NCBI GenBank assembly: GCA_963721525.1
Contig: CAVRJL010000015.1
Span: 32,001-96,000 of the forward strand
Direction of reading: 5' to 3'
Origin: an uncultured Negativicutes bacterium
Lineage (GTDB): Bacteria; Bacillota; Negativicutes; JBAXTZ01
DNA length: 64,000 bases
Both the position numbers and the translations under genes were made by a program. Position 1 is the stretch's first letter. Every line of letters starts with the position of its first letter. Below are positions 62,233-64,000 of the stretch, piece by piece. A model generated the notes under the pieces. The model was not told the origin of the DNA, did not search any database, and was given only the letters and a program-made list of their open reading frames with translations.

Positions 62233-63588
62233 TTAGACTAAATCTAAAATTCTTTGGATATGATCTATCTCTATTAATTCACATTTTATTTTTCTTTTTA
62301 ATTTTCTTATACTTATTTTAGGTAAAATTATTGTTTTAAATCCTAACATTTCGGCTTCAGTTATTCGTTCAGCAACATTAATTACTCCTCTAACTTCACC
62401 TGTAAGTCCAATTTCTCCAAAAGCTACAACATCGTTTCCTATTATAAAATCTTTGTAACTTGATAATATAGCAAGTGTTACCGCTAAATCTGCCGCTGGC
62501 TCATTAACTTTTATTCCCCCAACAGAGTTTATAAATATGTCTGTCTGTCCAAAATTAATTCCGATCCTTTTTTCCAAAATCGCGAGTAAAATTATCAACC
62601 TGTTATAGTCAAATCCTGCTACTAAACGGCGAGGCATTCCATAGTAGCTTTGAGTGGCCAAAGCCTGAATCTCTACAAGAAGTGGACGGTTCCCTTCTAT
62701 AAAAGGCGTAACAATTGCACCTGCATGAGCATTTATTCTTTCCGATAAAAGTATTGCCGACGGATTTAGTATTTCTTTTAATCCACTTTCTTCCATTGAA
62801 AAAATGCCGCACTCATTGATACTGCCAAAACGATTTTTTATAACTCGTAATAATCTTAAATTATAATTAAACTCCCCTTCAAAATATAATACAACATCTA
62901 CCATATGTTCGAGTAATTTTGGACCTGCTATTTGTCCATCTTTCGTGATATGCCCTATAATAAGAATCGCTATATTTAACTCTTTTGAGATCCTCACTAA
63001 TTTAGCAGTGCATTCTCTGATTTGAGATACGCTTCCAGGTGAACTTGTTATATCAGGATCAAATATGGTTTGAATAGAGTCTATAATCATAAACTGCGGG
63101 CTTAACTGCTGTACTTCTAATAATATTTCCGCAATATTTATAGTTGTATACAAAAACAAACCAGTACCATATTTACCAAACCTATTCACCCGCATTTTAA
63201 TTTGCGAAGCTGATTCCTCTCCTGATACATATAATATTTTCCTTTCATTCAAAGATAAACTCATAGCTACCTGCATAAGCAGAGTAGATTTTCCTACGCC
63301 TGGATCTCCACCTAATAATATTACAGAACCAGGCATAATGCCTCCGCCAAGGACTTTGTCAAATTCTTTATTACCTGTATCTAACCTCTCACTGCTATTA
63401 AAAAAAACGCTCCTTAATAGTACAGGTTTATTGTGAGTAGTAGTACTAAATTTATATTTAGTACTTTCGTTATTAATTATTTCTTCTGTAAAACAGTTCC
63501 ACCCATTGCACACTGGACACCTTCCCAACCATTTACCAGCTTGATATCCACATGAATTACAAAAAAACTGAGTTTTTTGTTTAACCAT
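62233..63588 (-). CDS. radA: DNA repair protein RadA/Sms
   Basis: C4 zinc finger, GDPGVGKS, DSIQT, KNRFG, Lon-like C-terminus. Confidence 0.97.
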   Translation of the reverse strand: MVKQKTQFFCNSCGYQAGKWLGRCPVCNGWNCFTEEIINNESTKYKFSTTTHNKPVLLRSVFFNSSERLDTGNKEFDKVLGGGIMPGSVILLGGDPGVGKSTLLMQVAMSLSLNERKILYVSGEESASQIKMRVNRFGKYGTGLFLYTTINIAEILLEVQQLSPQFMIIDSIQTIFDPDITSSPGSVSQIRECTAKLVRISKELNIAILIIGHITKDGQIAGPKLLEHMVDVVLYFEGEFNYNLRLLRVIKNRFGSINECGIFSMEESGLKEILNPSAILLSERINAHAGAIVTPFIEGNRPLLVEIQALATQSYYGMPRRLVAGFDYNRLIILLAILEKRIGINFGQTDIFINSVGGIKVNEPAADLAVTLAILSSYKDFIIGNDVVAFGEIGLTGEVRGVINVAERITEAEMLGFKTIILPKISIRKLKRKIKCELIEIDHIQRILDLV

Positions 63589-63659
63589 TAAAATGAACCT
63601 TCTTAAAATAGTTTATATTTTAAATAAATTTTATTCGCATAAACATAAATTAATTTTAG

Positions 63660-64000
63660 CTATTGCTTCTTTTTTAATAATGCTTTTTGTCAGTAGTTCT
63701 TCAATCTTTCTTGATTTTGAAATATTAATGTAACCTTTATTTGACACGAATTAATTGATCCCTACACTCGTTTCCACTTGTACTTTTATAAATTGATGAA
63801 ACTGTGCCAATTTTCTAACCGTTGTCAATCTGATAATGCTACTTTAGATCTCAGCAATATGTTTTACAAACTCTTTTATTTCCTGAATTTTAAAAATCAT
63901 AGTTGATATAGTTGATGTTGACACAGTTAGTTTCCGTATTATCTACAACTCGTAGATCTTTATCTATTTTTATATCATCGCTAAAACTATAATTTTTATA
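63660..64000 (-). pseudogene. Decayed coding relic, possibly NadC (quinolinate phosphoribosyltransferase)
   Basis: Fragments LRVVDNTET, KHIAE, VRKLAQFHQFIKVQVET are colinear with NadC RIVDTRKT, DNHIA, KIEVEVE; weak. Confidence 0.3.

Overview
Housekeeping chromosome segment of a very AT-rich bacterium. Gene content and order (ftsK-mnmH-ygiQ-rimO; tagA-psd-pssA-GT2-ffh; def-fmt-DUF116-rsmB-stp-pknB-rpe; miaB-mutS-mutL-miaA) point to a Firmicute, most likely Negativicutes (Selenomonadales/Sporomusaceae-like); this is inferred from motif recognition, not a database search. Almost all genes lie on the minus strand. The window holds about 50 CDS, six tRNAs, a short SRP RNA and a decayed T-box-like leader. 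No CRISPR array, IS, prophage or rRNA was seen. The genome is undergoing reduction: intergenic gaps translate into relics of mutS2, the S1 moiety of ispH-rpsA, dacB, ylxM, mrnC and probably ogt, khpA, a TrmH-family methylase and nadC, and several usual neighbours are cleanly absent. The most striking feature is a single 1460-aa ORF fusing complete MutS to complete MutL across an A9 tract; one extra A would restore two separate overlapping genes. Several conserved genes (ygiQ, stp, miaB, rnj, mrnC) carry small indels, so assembly error must be excluded before the fusion or a slippage mechanism is accepted.
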